From assembly GCA_963676795.2 (NCBI GenBank), contig CAXXTB010000002.1, positions 1,888,001 through 1,952,000 of the forward strand: 64,000 nt of DNA, in the 5' to 3' direction. Made by a program: the position numbers and the translations under genes. Source of the stretch: Geopsychrobacteraceae bacterium (GTDB lineage Bacteria > Desulfobacterota > Desulfuromonadia > Desulfuromonadales > Geopsychrobacteraceae). This document shows positions 9,535-19,752 of the stretch, in pieces; position 1 is the stretch's first letter; the number at the start of each line of letters is the position of its first letter. The notes beneath the pieces were generated by a model. The model did not search any database, was not told the DNA's origin, and saw only the letters and a program-made list of their open reading frames with translations.

Positions 9535-10503
9535 CTATTTGTTGCGCGAGACAACGTAGTCGGCCAGATCAAAAAGAGCCTGGCGCGCTGCACAGTCCGG
9601 AAAAATAGCGAGCAACTGCTTGGCCGTTGCGATACGTTCGGCAGCCTTGTTCCGGGTGTATTCGATTCCGCCCCGCTTGTCGATAAGCCGACAGATGTAG
9701 TCAAGATCTTGCGCTGACAGCTCTGTGTCAGAAACAATCCTGGCAATCTCACTGCGTTCATCGGCACTGGCCTGAGCGTAGGTATGGATAAGAGGCAGTG
9801 TCATCTTCCCCTCAAACAGATCATGGCCGCGCTCCTTGCCAAAGGCCTCTTCTTCTGCAACATAATCGAGAGCGTCATCCATCAGCTGAAAAGCGGTCCC
9901 GATCTCGATGCCGAACTCTTTGAGGGCAGCTTCCCGAGATTCATCAGCGGCCGAGATAAGAGCACCGATCTGACAGGATGCGGCAATCAGGATGGCGGTC
10001 TTGTCACGAACCACCTGCAGGTACTGCTCTTCACAGATCTCGATATCGCAGGTATTAATCAGCTGCTGGATTTCACCCTCGGTGATCTGCGTCGTCGTAT
10101 CGGCGAGGACCTTGAGAACCCTGAGGTCGCCGCAGTTGACCATCATCGAAAACGACTTGCTGAACAGAAAATCGCCGACCAGCACAGAGGTCTGATTCCC
10201 CCAGATTGAATTAGCCGAACGGTTGCCACGGCGCAGACTGGCGCTGTCCACGACATCGTCATGGAGCAGGGTCGCGGTATGAATAAACTCGACAACAGCA
10301 GCGAGCTCGATATGTTTATCGCCGGAATAGTTGCAGAGCTTCGCACTTAAGAGCAACAGCATGGGGCGAAAACGTTTGCCACCGCTGGACAGGACATAGT
10401 CTCCAACCTTGTTGATCAGATCGACGTCAGTGGCCAGATTCCTGCGGAACTGATCTTCGACATCCAGCATATCCTGTTTCAGCAATGCAACAACTGCTTC
10501 CAT
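9535..10503 (-). CDS. ispB: Polyprenyl (octaprenyl-type) diphosphate synthase
   Basis: GGKRFRP, LHDDVVD, RRG, FQLMDDALD, DLFEGKMTLP. Confidence 0.92.
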   Translation of the reverse strand: MEAVVALLKQDMLDVEDQFRRNLATDVDLINKVGDYVLSSGGKRFRPMLLLLSAKLCNYSGDKHIELAAVVEFIHTATLLHDDVVDSASLRRGNRSANSIWGNQTSVLVGDFLFSKSFSMMVNCGDLRVLKVLADTTTQITEGEIQQLINTCDIEICEEQYLQVVRDKTAILIAASCQIGALISAADESREAALKEFGIEIGTAFQLMDDALDYVAEEEAFGKERGHDLFEGKMTLPLIHTYAQASADERSEIARIVSDTELSAQDLDYICRLIDKRGGIEYTRNKAAERIATAKQLLAIFPDCAARQALFDLADYVVSRNK

Positions 10504-10611
10504 AAACTTTATATCCTTGAGAATCCTGATTTGGTCAGTATCCAGGTCAAAAACAATCGAACCGCGCCATTCTAGGAACCGGCGTTAGACATGTCAAAGG
10601 TTTTTCCCGAT

Positions 10612-11541
10612 TCAATGACTGTGCTTATTTTGTGAATCTACGGCGGACGCCGGACGGCCCGCCACGAACCGGTGCTCGGCAGGGCTCCAGTGATAGCCAC
10701 CCGCCTGCCAGAAAGCTTCGATACGCTCCCAGTCCAGATCAAGGCCGACAGCCTCCTCTGACAATACCGAGAGATCGAGAATCTCCATATCATCGATGAT
10801 CGAGTTGCCATCACCATCGATCCAGAGCAACGGCGCAAGGCTCATTGTACCAACCTGCTTGACGGCTTGGGAACGGTGGCGCTGATCAGAACTGAGGACG
10901 ACCGAACCGGTTATCGAGTCACTGACCGAGCCCATATCAGCGGGGAGCTGGACCAGGTAATAGACATGAAACTCATCAGCCGCGTTCCTGAAAATCCAGC
11001 GCGCAGTATTTGTATCGCTATCGATGGCCGACACTTTGGGCGAGGCATCGATCAGCTGCCAGCCATCGGGAAAGGACTCTTTGAGGATCAAGCCCTTGAT
11101 CTGCTCCTCAGCGACAAGATGAACCTGGATCAGAATGCGGGATTCAGGTGCCGCATAAGCGGGAAGAATACGCACGACTTCCATTTTTTTAGCGGGCAGC
11201 ACAACAAAAAACCAGACGAGAGCACAGATACAGGCCAAGAGGAGCACAGCGAGCGGGATAAACAGAAATCTGAAACGAACGGCCAACGGCTGAGTTTGCA
11301 GCGCTTCGCTTGCGACCTCATTTTTGAGGATCTGCTCGACTTCAACCTCGAGGGCCTCTGCCAACCGGACAGCATTGTCCCGGCGGATACTGGGATAACG
11401 ATTGTTTTCCCAACGGGATACGGTGTCAGTTGTCACGCCGACAACTTTTGCCACATAAAGTTGCGTCAGGCGCTTCTCTTCGCGGATCCGCCGGATGGCG
11501 TCACCATCTATTGAAACAACATTGTTTATCGATTCATCCAT
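10612..11541 (-). CDS. XRE-HTH membrane protein with extracytoplasmic Ig-like domain and EF-hand/dockerin-like motif
   Basis: IRRIREEKRLTQ...VSRWENN HTH; one TM; DGDGNSIIDDMEIL near the C-terminus. Confidence 0.8.
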   Translation of the reverse strand: MDESINNVVSIDGDAIRRIREEKRLTQLYVAKVVGVTTDTVSRWENNRYPSIRRDNAVRLAEALEVEVEQILKNEVASEALQTQPLAVRFRFLFIPLAVLLLACICALVWFFVVLPAKKMEVVRILPAYAAPESRILIQVHLVAEEQIKGLILKESFPDGWQLIDASPKVSAIDSDTNTARWIFRNAADEFHVYYLVQLPADMGSVSDSITGSVVLSSDQRHRSQAVKQVGTMSLAPLLWIDGDGNSIIDDMEILDLSVLSEEAVGLDLDWERIEAFWQAGGYHWSPAEHRFVAGRPASAVDSQNKHSH

Positions 11542-11820
11542 GTGATGGTCATTTCATGTTTCAGGTTTCGCCAAGTCTAACAGAGCCGCTCAGTCAGGTA
11601 AATATTGGAAACCACAGCCCCTCATGTCCGCCCCCTGGACACTTCAGTGACCGGGAGATGGAGTTGACAGTCTGCACATGCCGCCTCTCAACTGATTGAG
11701 AAACAACTTTCAATCAAAAAACTTAACTGGCTGTTTTTTCGTAAGTTTAATATTTACAACCATTTCTATCACTTTTCAGAAAAAATCCACAAAAAGTGAT
11801 TAATTTTCACCAATCATCGC

Positions 11821-11848
11821 TTGACATTAACCAAAGCTTATCTATAAT
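11821..11848 (+). promoter_or_regulatory. Consensus sigma70 promoter
   Basis: TTGACA (11821-11826)-N16-TATAAT (11843-11848) with AT-rich upstream region. Confidence 0.8.
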
Positions 11849-11854
11849 AGAAAT

Positions 11855-11918
11855 CAGAAATCAACCTCTCTAGAAAATTTAACCCCGTGTTCTCCCTCCT
11901 GACACGGGGTATTTTTTT
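11855..11918 (+). ncRNA. Candidate ~64 nt small RNA with anti-SD terminator loop
   Basis: Consensus promoter immediately followed by CCUCUCU tract and terminator ACCCCGUGU-UCUCCCUCCUG-ACACGGGGU-AUUUUUUU; no ORF. Confidence 0.6.
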
Positions 11919-11988
11919 GCCCTCCCCTTGCCTCTCACTCGGCAACCGCTCGATAATGACATGAAACCTGACCGATGTGGAGTTGCCT

Positions 11989-14022
11989 ATGAATCTTCTC
12001 AGTGGAGAAAACAGCCCCTACCTGCGACAACACGCAAACAATCCGGTCAACTGGGTCCCCTGGAGCGACACGGCCCTGCAGAGCGCCCGCGACCAGAATA
12101 AACCTATTTTTATCTCGATCGGTTACTCGACCTGCCACTGGTGCCATGTCATGGCCAGAGAATCCTTTTCCGATGATCAGGTTGCGCAGTGTCTAAACAG
12201 TCATTTTGTCTGCATCAAAGTCGACCGCGAAGAACGCCCGGATATCGATGCCAGTTATATGCAGGCCTGCCAGAGCCTGATCGGCCATGACGGCTGGCCG
12301 CTGAACCTGTTCCTGACTCCGGCAGGACACCCCTTCTATGCCCTGACCTATCTGCCGAAATCCACAGCGAACCGGCAAACAGGCTTTCTGCCGCTGACCG
12401 AAAAGATTGCCGAACTCTGGCAAACCCACCCAGACAATATCCTCCGCGCTGCCGAACAGCTTGTCCATACGCTCAACAAGGTGGCCAAACCGGAACAGGA
12501 GGAGATAAGAACGATGATCCTGAGCAGCGCCGCCGACAACCTCAAGCAGCTGTACGACAGCCGCTATGGCGGATTTGGCCAGGCACCCAAATTTCCCCAG
12601 CCGCATATCCTCACCCTGCTCCTCAGGCTCCAGAGTAGATTTAAAGACCCTGAACTCTTGCAGATGGCTTTGCACACGCTGTCCCGGATATCACGGGGTG
12701 GCATAAGCGATCAACTCGGCGGCGGTATTCACCGCTACGCGGTTGACGGCGGCTGGCTTATTCCCCATTTCGAAAAAATGCTCTATGACCAGGCGCTGAT
12801 TACCGAAGCCTATCTGTACGCCTGGGCACAATGCGGATCTCACGAATACCGCAACGCAGCCGAGGCGGTTCTCGATTATTGCCTGACCCGCCTTCAGCAT
12901 GAAACAGGCGGATTTTGCTGTGGAGAAGATGCCGATACGGAAGGTGAGGAAGGTAGCTTCTACAGCTGGACATACTCGGAGTTGCACGAACTGCTGCAGA
13001 CAGATTTTCCACTGTTTAAAAAAATCTATCAACTCTCCCCTCACGGCAACTTCTCCGGGGCAAATATCCTTTCTCAGGCTGGAAGCGTTTCCAGCGTGGC
13101 ACAGGAATGTGATCTGACGGAACAACAGGTGACAGAGCGCCTCAATGGAATGCGCTGCAAACTCCTCAGGGCCAGGGCAAAGAGGGCAAGGCCACAGCTT
13201 GACGACAAGCTTATTGCCGGCTGGAACGGCCTGATGATCTGCACCCTGGCCAAAGCAGGGGGGTTATTGAACAGAGACGATTATCTGGCCGCTGCCAGGC
13301 GGGCCTGGACATTTATCACCGATGAAATGACCGCCGATAAGCGCTTGAAACGTTGCTACTGCCGGGGCGAGGCTTACATCGAGGCCTTCCATGAGGACTA
13401 TGCCTATCTTATTCATGGCACCCTGGCCCTCTTTCACGCGACAGCGGAGCCTCACTATCTGGCCAGGGCAATTCATCTGCAAGGCGTCCTGGATGAGACC
13501 TTTGTCAACAGCGACACATCGTTTTCAGACAGCTCTCAGCCATTCCTCCAGGGGATGCCCAGGGAGCAGAACCGCCAGGACGGTGCCCTGCCTGCAGCCA
13601 ATTCCATAACAATTCTGAACCTCATTCACCTGGCCAGGCTCTGTGATCGTCCGGACTGGCAGGAGAAGGCCGAACACCGGCTCAAGGTTACGATCGATCA
13701 GATTGAAGAGTATCCGACGGCCTTTGCCTGCCTGCTGCAGGGCGTGGATCGCTATCTTCAGGACCGGCTGTTCCTCGCCCTGATCCTGCCTGACGGAGCT
13801 GAGATCGACAGCGACTGGCTAGGGCTGCTTATTCAGGAGCAGCACAGACTGCTTCATGTCGTAACCGACCGGCCGCAGGAGCTGGAGGACCTTATCCCGA
13901 TGATGGTCGAGAAATCGGCAATCAATGGCAGAACGACAGCCTGGCTCTGTACCGGCCAAGAATGCTTTGAACCGGTCCAGAGCCCTGAACAACTGAAAAG
14001 ACTGCTCGCTACAGTGGTTTGA
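11989..14022 (+). CDS. YyaL/SSP411-like thioredoxin-domain protein (DUF255 plus alpha-alpha barrel)
   Basis: [50 protein letters not shown]. Confidence 0.93.
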   Translation: MNLLSGENSPYLRQHANNPVNWVPWSDTALQSARDQNKPIFISIGYSTCHWCHVMARESFSDDQVAQCLNSHFVCIKVDREERPDIDASYMQACQSLIGHDGWPLNLFLTPAGHPFYALTYLPKSTANRQTGFLPLTEKIAELWQTHPDNILRAAEQLVHTLNKVAKPEQEEIRTMILSSAADNLKQLYDSRYGGFGQAPKFPQPHILTLLLRLQSRFKDPELLQMALHTLSRISRGGISDQLGGGIHRYAVDGGWLIPHFEKMLYDQALITEAYLYAWAQCGSHEYRNAAEAVLDYCLTRLQHETGGFCCGEDADTEGEEGSFYSWTYSELHELLQTDFPLFKKIYQLSPHGNFSGANILSQAGSVSSVAQECDLTEQQVTERLNGMRCKLLRARAKRARPQLDDKLIAGWNGLMICTLAKAGGLLNRDDYLAAARRAWTFITDEMTADKRLKRCYCRGEAYIEAFHEDYAYLIHGTLALFHATAEPHYLARAIHLQGVLDETFVNSDTSFSDSSQPFLQGMPREQNRQDGALPAANSITILNLIHLARLCDRPDWQEKAEHRLKVTIDQIEEYPTAFACLLQGVDRYLQDRLFLALILPDGAEIDSDWLGLLIQEQHRLLHVVTDRPQELEDLIPMMVEKSAINGRTTAWLCTGQECFEPVQSPEQLKRLLATVV

Positions 14023-15664
14023 AGACTTTCATCAGGTGGGGCACAAGCTGCTTTTTACGCGACAGGACACCATCCAGACGGAACAGGTTCTCCGCCTCCT
14101 GAGGATAGCCGATAACATAAGGCAGTTCCGCTGGCCCTGCCGTCAGCAACAGGCTGGTCTCCATAACAATATCGGTCACCAGCAAGGCGGCCAGCTCATA
14201 GCGTCTTTCATCGCGAATTTTTATCAGCTCGCTCTGCAACTCTTCGTAGCGCTTATGGAAACTGTGAAAGTTGACGACCTCAACCTGGCCGAGGCCCAGC
14301 AGATAATCCCCCGCCTTGTACTCCTTGAAATCGGTCAGAATCAGATCCCGGACCGGCGCACCGCTGGCCATCGGGCTGCCGGCGGCAAACAGCTGGCTAC
14401 CAAATTCCTCGTGATTGAGACCGGACAGTTCTTCAAGCCACGGGACCAGTTGGCGATCAACCTCGGTACAGGTCGGTGATTTGAGAATAACCGTATCGGA
14501 CAACAGTCCGGCAAGCATCAACCCGGCAACCTTGGGATCCGGATCGATCCCGGCCTGTCTGTAAAGGGAGGCAACCAGCGAGCAGGTGCTCCCCAACGGC
14601 TGATTGATAAAACGGATCGGCAGGTCGGTATGAAAGTTTCCGAGCCGGTGATGATCGATGACCTCGACGATCTCAACCTTGTCGGCGCCGGGAACCGCCT
14701 GGGTCAGTTCATTGTGATCGACAAGAATCAGCTTGGTTGGCGAATTACGGATCAGGTGGCTCTTGGTCGCAATACCGATGACCTTGTCCAGCTTATCGGT
14801 CACGATGGCCCCGGCCTGGTTGCCATGGGTCAGCTTCAGGCGAAGATCCTCGAGCAGCTCCCCCGGTTTGATCTTCAGAAAGTTCTTCTCAGCAAGCTCT
14901 CCAACCGGAGTCGCCATGCGCGTCAACCAAACGGAATTCGCCGTGTCATAGCGGCTGACCAGGATCGAGACATCATTTTGTACGGCTAACTCGAGCAGAT
15001 CCCTGTCGACCTGAGAGTTTCCGGAGATGATCAGCAGGCGCACCCCGGCCTCGACCGCCATCCTCTGCACTCCCGGCCGGTCACCGGTAATCAGAATGAT
15101 CTTGCGCGGTTCGCTCTGGCTGATCCAGCGGCTGAAGGTCTCTTCACGACGGGCCCCGACATAGAGGTTGAAATCTTCGACCGGCTCAGGATCGACAAAA
15201 TGATAAACATCGCCGTTGAGGCTGCGCTGAATAGCGCTCAGCGAGGTACGAATGCGGCGCATCTGTTCCGGCTCCGCCGGCACCAGAAAGGCTTCAGTCG
15301 CTGCTTTGAGCAACAACAGTCCCGTCGCCCGGGACAGGTCATCGACAACGGGAAGCAGCCGGATATGATGCTTGTGATACAGCTCTATCGCCTTGGACAA
15401 GGGTTCAGAGCTGTCAATCGTGACAACCTTTTCGGTCAGGACATCACTGATCCGCGGATAGACGTCAAGCAACAGTTCCGGAGGAGCGACGCCCAGGGCA
15501 TCGAGGATAAACTGGGTCTGCTGATTGAGGTTGCCGGCCCTGGCCGCGACAACATTGGCGAGGCCCTGACGCCGCCTGAGTTCCGCATAGGCAAGCGCGC
15601 TGCATATTGAATCAGAATCGGGATTTCGATGCCCGACAACATAGGTTTTTTGACTGGAAGACAT
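14009..15664 (-). CDS. ppaC: Mn-dependent inorganic pyrophosphatase with CBS and DRTGG domains
   Basis: [43 protein letters not shown] insert. Confidence 0.95.
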   Translation of the reverse strand: MSSSQKTYVVGHRNPDSDSICSALAYAELRRRQGLANVVAARAGNLNQQTQFILDALGVAPPELLLDVYPRISDVLTEKVVTIDSSEPLSKAIELYHKHHIRLLPVVDDLSRATGLLLLKAATEAFLVPAEPEQMRRIRTSLSAIQRSLNGDVYHFVDPEPVEDFNLYVGARREETFSRWISQSEPRKIILITGDRPGVQRMAVEAGVRLLIISGNSQVDRDLLELAVQNDVSILVSRYDTANSVWLTRMATPVGELAEKNFLKIKPGELLEDLRLKLTHGNQAGAIVTDKLDKVIGIATKSHLIRNSPTKLILVDHNELTQAVPGADKVEIVEVIDHHRLGNFHTDLPIRFINQPLGSTCSLVASLYRQAGIDPDPKVAGLMLAGLLSDTVILKSPTCTEVDRQLVPWLEELSGLNHEEFGSQLFAAGSPMASGAPVRDLILTDFKEYKAGDYLLGLGQVEVVNFHSFHKRYEELQSELIKIRDERRYELAALLVTDIVMETSLLLTAGPAELPYVIGYPQEAENLFRLDGVLSRKKQLVPHLMKVFKPL

Positions 15665-15696
15665 GCGGTAGAGACTCCTTCTGCTCTCACACAGAG

Positions 15697-16497
15697 TTAA
15701 CGCAAACGGCCACGGACATCGCCAAGACCGATAACATTTTTGATAATACCAAGGTTTGGACGAAACTGTTTGTCGAGGCCGACATACAGGTCGCGACCGT
15801 TGGTGCCGAAAACCTCCGGATCGACAAGGACCCGGAATCTGAAAGGACTTGCGGACAGGAAATCCTGGTCATCGGCATCAACCTGGCCGAGTGGTTCGAT
15901 GACAATATCCTGCTCACCCTCATGATGAAAGGTCGGAACCCTGATCTTCTCGGTGCCGATGACACCAAAATAGCCGAGTCGCAAGTTATACAGAGCGGAG
16001 AGGATATCACACAAGCGTCTATCAGGATCCATCGGAAAGAACGTTTCCTTGTAGACCTCGCCATTTTTGAGCCTCTGGTAACGAACCTGGCGATTGTCGT
16101 ACTCAAAGATATAGCGCTTGGTCTTTTCACGACGCGACTTGCCGCTGCCATGGATGGTGTGAGACTGATACCAGAGCGGCTCAAGAAAACCATCCGCTGC
16201 GACCCGAACCAGGGTTTCGTACCTTTCGACCCGGTCACGGGTAAAAAAGGCAGCGACGCCCAGAGTTCTGGCCTGCATGACGATCAGATAGGTGTTATCC
16301 TCCGCTGACCTTTCGAGTGAAATTTCCCCGACGGCAAGACGCTCAAACCAGAGAAAAGAGATGTCATATTCAAGGTGCTCGCCAACAAAAGAAGCGACGC
16401 CACCGGTTGTGGCACAGAGCGGGGAAACGGGGATCAGGAAAAGAATAAGGAGCAGTATGGGGGATATGAATCGTTTCAATAGAGCCTCGCTTTTCAA
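15697..16497 (-). CDS. Exported DUF3108-like protein
   Basis: Signal peptide, GEHLEYDISFLW, DILSALY; start uncertain. Confidence 0.75.
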   Translation of the reverse strand: MKSEALLKRFISPILLLILFLIPVSPLCATTGGVASFVGEHLEYDISFLWFERLAVGEISLERSAEDNTYLIVMQARTLGVAAFFTRDRVERYETLVRVAADGFLEPLWYQSHTIHGSGKSRREKTKRYIFEYDNRQVRYQRLKNGEVYKETFFPMDPDRRLCDILSALYNLRLGYFGVIGTEKIRVPTFHHEGEQDIVIEPLGQVDADDQDFLSASPFRFRVLVDPEVFGTNGRDLYVGLDKQFRPNLGIIKNVIGLGDVRGRLR

Positions 16498-16564
16498 TTA
16501 AACCTGAATCACTCACTGATCAGGTTGAAAATCTAACCTGCCTTCAAAATTGCATATTCATTTC

Positions 16565-16593
16565 TTGACCTTATCGTCTCCTGCAATTAAGAT
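16565..16593 (+). promoter_or_regulatory. sigma70 promoter of the ArsR-family gene
   Basis: TTGACC-N17-TAAGAT. Confidence 0.6.
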
Positions 16594-16623
16594 TCATATA
16601 TTAAAATAACGTGGAGAGATAAT

Positions 16624-16935
16624 ATGACCAACATTGAAAGTAAAGTCCCTTTCGATACGACACAGGATTACCACCGGGAATCAGAGATTCTAAAAGTTCT
16701 GGGACATCCGATTCGTTTGAAAATTGTTGCCGGTCTCATGTCTCAATCCTGTAATGTCAAAAAAATCTGGGAATGCCTGTCCCTGCCGCAAGCGACAGTC
16801 TCACAACATCTGGCGCTGCTCAAGAACAAAGGGATCATCTCCGGGCGCCGTGAAGGAGTCGAAGTGTTCTACCAGGTGACCTCTCCGGAAGCGATACGTA
16901 TCGTCAGCGCAATATTCGAACATCCGCCCTGCTGA
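16624..16935 (+). CDS. ArsR/SmtB family transcriptional regulator
   Basis: LKVLGHPIRLKI, QATVSQHLALLK, RREGVEVFY. Confidence 0.93.
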   Translation: MTNIESKVPFDTTQDYHRESEILKVLGHPIRLKIVAGLMSQSCNVKKIWECLSLPQATVSQHLALLKNKGIISGRREGVEVFYQVTSPEAIRIVSAIFEHPPC

Positions 16936-16948
16936 TCTGAGTCACCTG

Positions 16949-16990
16949 AAAACAAAGCGGCCCGGCAAGAGATGGCCGCTTTGTTTTTTT
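16949..16990. terminator. Bidirectional terminator between convergent genes
   Basis: AAAACAAAGCGGCC / GGCCGCTTTGTTTT stem with T tail. Confidence 0.75.
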
Positions 16991-17001
16991 GAGTGTGCAG
17001 A

Positions 17002-17199
17002 CTAGTTTCCACCCCTGATTTCTTCTATTGTCTTGCCTCTGATCCCCCAGTTTTCAGCCGGATACTCTTCGATAATCACGTGAGTCGCCTCAGGATTCTT
17101 ACCCAGCACCTCTTTCATGACAACGGTTATCCGGTCGACAAGCTCCCGTTTTTTCTCTTTGCTGACCCCTTCCACCGTACGCACAGTTACTACTGGCAT
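17002..17199 (-). CDS. 4-oxalocrotonate tautomerase family protein
   Basis: N-terminal catalytic Pro (MPVV), VIIEE...NWGIRG; 65 aa. Confidence 0.92.
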   Translation of the reverse strand: MPVVTVRTVEGVSKEKKRELVDRITVVMKEVLGKNPEATHVIIEEYPAENWGIRGKTIEEIRGGN

Positions 17200-17369
17200 A
17201 GCACTATTCTCCTTTCCATCGGATTTGCACTGAAATGTCGTGTAAAATTGTTAATCTGGTATAAGCAGCGTCGTCTCTCTGCAAAAGGTCACCCGTTCAT
17301 ACTACAACTCAGCAAAAAACTTGTACAGCCGGCTGACGGTTTTTCAGTACCCCGAGGAGCGATTCATTC

Positions 17370-18269
17370 TCAAGAATAGCTGTAAACAGACAGATTGGTT
17401 CCTCTTAGCGGATCGATATCCGGATAATTATCAGCATCACAAAGGCGCTCCACAAGCCGCGCCTCGGGCGCATATTCGTTAAATAGCCGATCAAGCTCGG
17501 GAAGATTGAACTCAGGAGAGCTGGTACAGCAAAGGACGACACCGTCGGATGCCAGCAGCCCGGCAAAACGCCGGATCAATTTTGGCCAGTCACGCTGGGC
17601 CTGAAAACTTTTCCCCTGCGCCAGGGGCGGATCGCAGATGATCAGGTCAAAGGGCGAAAGCCTCTTCAATTTACTGAAACTGCGAAACAGCTCCAGACAG
17701 AGAAAGCTGCATTTTCGCGTATCAAAGCCGTTGAGCCGGTGATTCAGACGCCCCAGTTCCAGCGCCCCACGGCTCATATCCAGATTGACGACCTGAGCTG
17801 CACCACCAGCCAGCGCCGCTACCGAAAAGCTGCAACTGTAGGAGAACAGGTTCAGAACCTTTTTATTTCGGGCAACCTCCCGGACCCAGCGCCTGCCACA
17901 GGCCATATCAGGAAAAAATCCGATATTCTGGGCGTCGCCCAGCCGGATCGCGTAGTCCAGCCCCCCCTCTCTGACCGTCAGTGTCTCCGGCAGAGTACCG
18001 TGAATCACCTGCCACTGAGCCTCGCCCCGTTGACGCAGCTGTACAGCGATTGACTGCGCTTCGGGATACAGCTGCCGGAGCCTGTGCGCCAAAACGGCGA
18101 GCCAGTCCTGATCGCGTGACTCATAGAGAGTGACAAGCAGGACGGGCGGATACCAGTCGATATTGATGTGTTCATACCCCGGATAGGTCCGTCCCCGCCC
18201 ATGGAACAGCCGGGAACATTCGCCTCTGTGAAATTCTTTACTTTTTATAACGCTGATTAATGTATCCAT
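17370..18269 (-). CDS. Class I SAM-dependent methyltransferase (RlmI/YccW-like)
   Basis: RLFHGRG, NIGFFPDM, VLNLFSYSCSFS, IICDPP; start moved to ATG 18269 to avoid overlap. Confidence 0.88.
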   Translation of the reverse strand: MDTLISVIKSKEFHRGECSRLFHGRGRTYPGYEHINIDWYPPVLLVTLYESRDQDWLAVLAHRLRQLYPEAQSIAVQLRQRGEAQWQVIHGTLPETLTVREGGLDYAIRLGDAQNIGFFPDMACGRRWVREVARNKKVLNLFSYSCSFSVAALAGGAAQVVNLDMSRGALELGRLNHRLNGFDTRKCSFLCLELFRSFSKLKRLSPFDLIICDPPLAQGKSFQAQRDWPKLIRRFAGLLASDGVVLCCTSSPEFNLPELDRLFNEYAPEARLVERLCDADNYPDIDPLRGTNLSVYSYS

Positions 18270-18361
18270 CGTGCCCTTAAATTGTATAAACAGGAAGATC
18301 CACTGGAAAAAAGCGGAATATCTGTCCATAATAGGAAATCGTTTAATCAAGGAGCTCTTGC

Positions 18362-19204
18362 ATGAAAAATTCGACCCTACTGATCTGCATACTTGTGGTT
18401 CTCGCTGTCCTTCTCGGTTCTCTGACCCTGCTGAAAAAGCAAGAGACCGAACCACAACCGGTCGAAACGGTGCAAAGTCCACCACCGGAACCGGTCAGAT
18501 TACCGATTGTTCATTACCCGGTTCCGGAGACCGAAGCATTGCCTGCTCAGGCTGACAGCGCTCAGCCGGAAGAAACTCAAGCAGCTCAGCATTCCGCATC
18601 TGAAGAGAAACTGCCCCAGGTTCAGCAGAGTGACGAGACCATCAGCCAGGCCTTAAAAGGACTGATCCCTGACGCACAACTGCTCAAAGTTCTGCGCCTG
18701 GATAATTTTGTTCAGCGGCTGGTCTCGACTATCGACAGACTGCCGGAAAAACGTCTGCCCAGGCAGAATCTTCCGGCCTATCCCCCCGAAGGAAAGTTCA
18801 CGGTAGACGAAGACAAGCAGGGGCAGCTGTTTATTTCCCCGGCCAATGCAAAACGCTATGAAGCCTATCTGAAGATCCTCAAGTATACGCCTGAGGACCT
18901 GGTCCTCAAGGCTTACGTTCACTTCTATCCGCTTTTTCAGGAAGCCTACCGGCAGCTCGGCTATCAGAACGCCTATTTCAACGATCGACTGGTTTTCGTT
19001 CTCGACCATCTGATCCAGACTCCGGACCCCGAAGAGCCTATTGCCGTTGAACAACCGGTCGTACTCTACACCTATAAGGACCAGTACCTGGAAAACCTGT
19101 CCGCCGGCCAGAAATGCCTGATGCGCATGGGGCGTGCCCAACGCCTCGAAGCCGTAGAGATTCTCAGGCGCTATCGCCTGGAACTGACCAACCTGGCTCC
19201 CTGA
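18362..19204 (+). CDS. DUF3014-family membrane-anchored protein
   Basis: N-terminal TM, YPLFQEAYRQLGY, FNDRL, LSAGQKCLMRMG. Confidence 0.85.
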   Translation: MKNSTLLICILVVLAVLLGSLTLLKKQETEPQPVETVQSPPPEPVRLPIVHYPVPETEALPAQADSAQPEETQAAQHSASEEKLPQVQQSDETISQALKGLIPDAQLLKVLRLDNFVQRLVSTIDRLPEKRLPRQNLPAYPPEGKFTVDEDKQGQLFISPANAKRYEAYLKILKYTPEDLVLKAYVHFYPLFQEAYRQLGYQNAYFNDRLVFVLDHLIQTPDPEEPIAVEQPVVLYTYKDQYLENLSAGQKCLMRMGRAQRLEAVEILRRYRLELTNLAP

Positions 19205-19206
19205 GC

Positions 19207-19245
19207 AAAAAACAGCCCTGTCCGGATTCCGGACAGGGCTGTTTT
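19207..19245. terminator. Bidirectional terminator
   Basis: AAAACAGCCCTGTCCGG / CCGGACAGGGCTGTTTT perfect stem between convergent genes. Confidence 0.8.
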
Positions 19246-19274
19246 ATCACTGAAAGAACAAATCGGATCAGAAA

Positions 19275-19466
19275 TCAGTTAAATCGTCGTTCAGGCCCCC
19301 GGTAGCTGACTGCCGGGCGGATCCGAACCGGGTCGACACCTAAATAGACCCAACCATCCTGCCTTTGAAACTTGATAATACCTTCACCATCGATCAACGA
19401 CTGAAGCTGAGAGGCTGGGACCATATCCATCATCCCGTCAGCATAGACCACCGATATTTCCCGCAT
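19275..19466 (-). CDS. GSU3473-family small protein (copy 2)
   Basis: ISVVYADG...IIKFQRQDGWVYLGVDPVR...YRGPERR; GAGG RBS before ATG 19466. Confidence 0.8.
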   Translation of the reverse strand: MREISVVYADGMMDMVPASQLQSLIDGEGIIKFQRQDGWVYLGVDPVRIRPAVSYRGPERRFN

Positions 19467-19548
19467 AACAACACCTCGTTTTCTTTGTATCATAACACAG
19501 ACAGGACAAAGAAAACGAGACCAAGAAACCGCTGACACGACAAAACGG

Positions 19549-19737
19549 CTAGCGACACCTGCGCTCGGGGCCGGAGTAATATCCACGCAGCGTACTCCTG
19601 ACCGGATCCTTGCCGAGCGTGACCCAACCGGTGGAACGCTCAAACTGTTCGATTTCACTCATCAGGATCAGCTCGTCCAGCTTGCGTGACGGCACGAGGT
19701 CAATCCGGCCGTCTTTATAACGTACACGTATCAACAT
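19549..19737 (-). CDS. GSU3473-family small protein (copy 1)
   Basis: IRVRYKDG...IEQFERSTGWVTLGKDPVR...YSGPERR. Confidence 0.82.
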   Translation of the reverse strand: MLIRVRYKDGRIDLVPSRKLDELILMSEIEQFERSTGWVTLGKDPVRSTLRGYYSGPERRCR

Positions 19738-19752
19738 AAGTCCCCCGAACAA

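Noticed and set aside
11652..11700. GGAGATGGAGTT resembling the start of a fluoride riboswitch
   Set aside because: The complementary CTCC strand and the downstream GCTRATGAC pseudoknot partner are missing.
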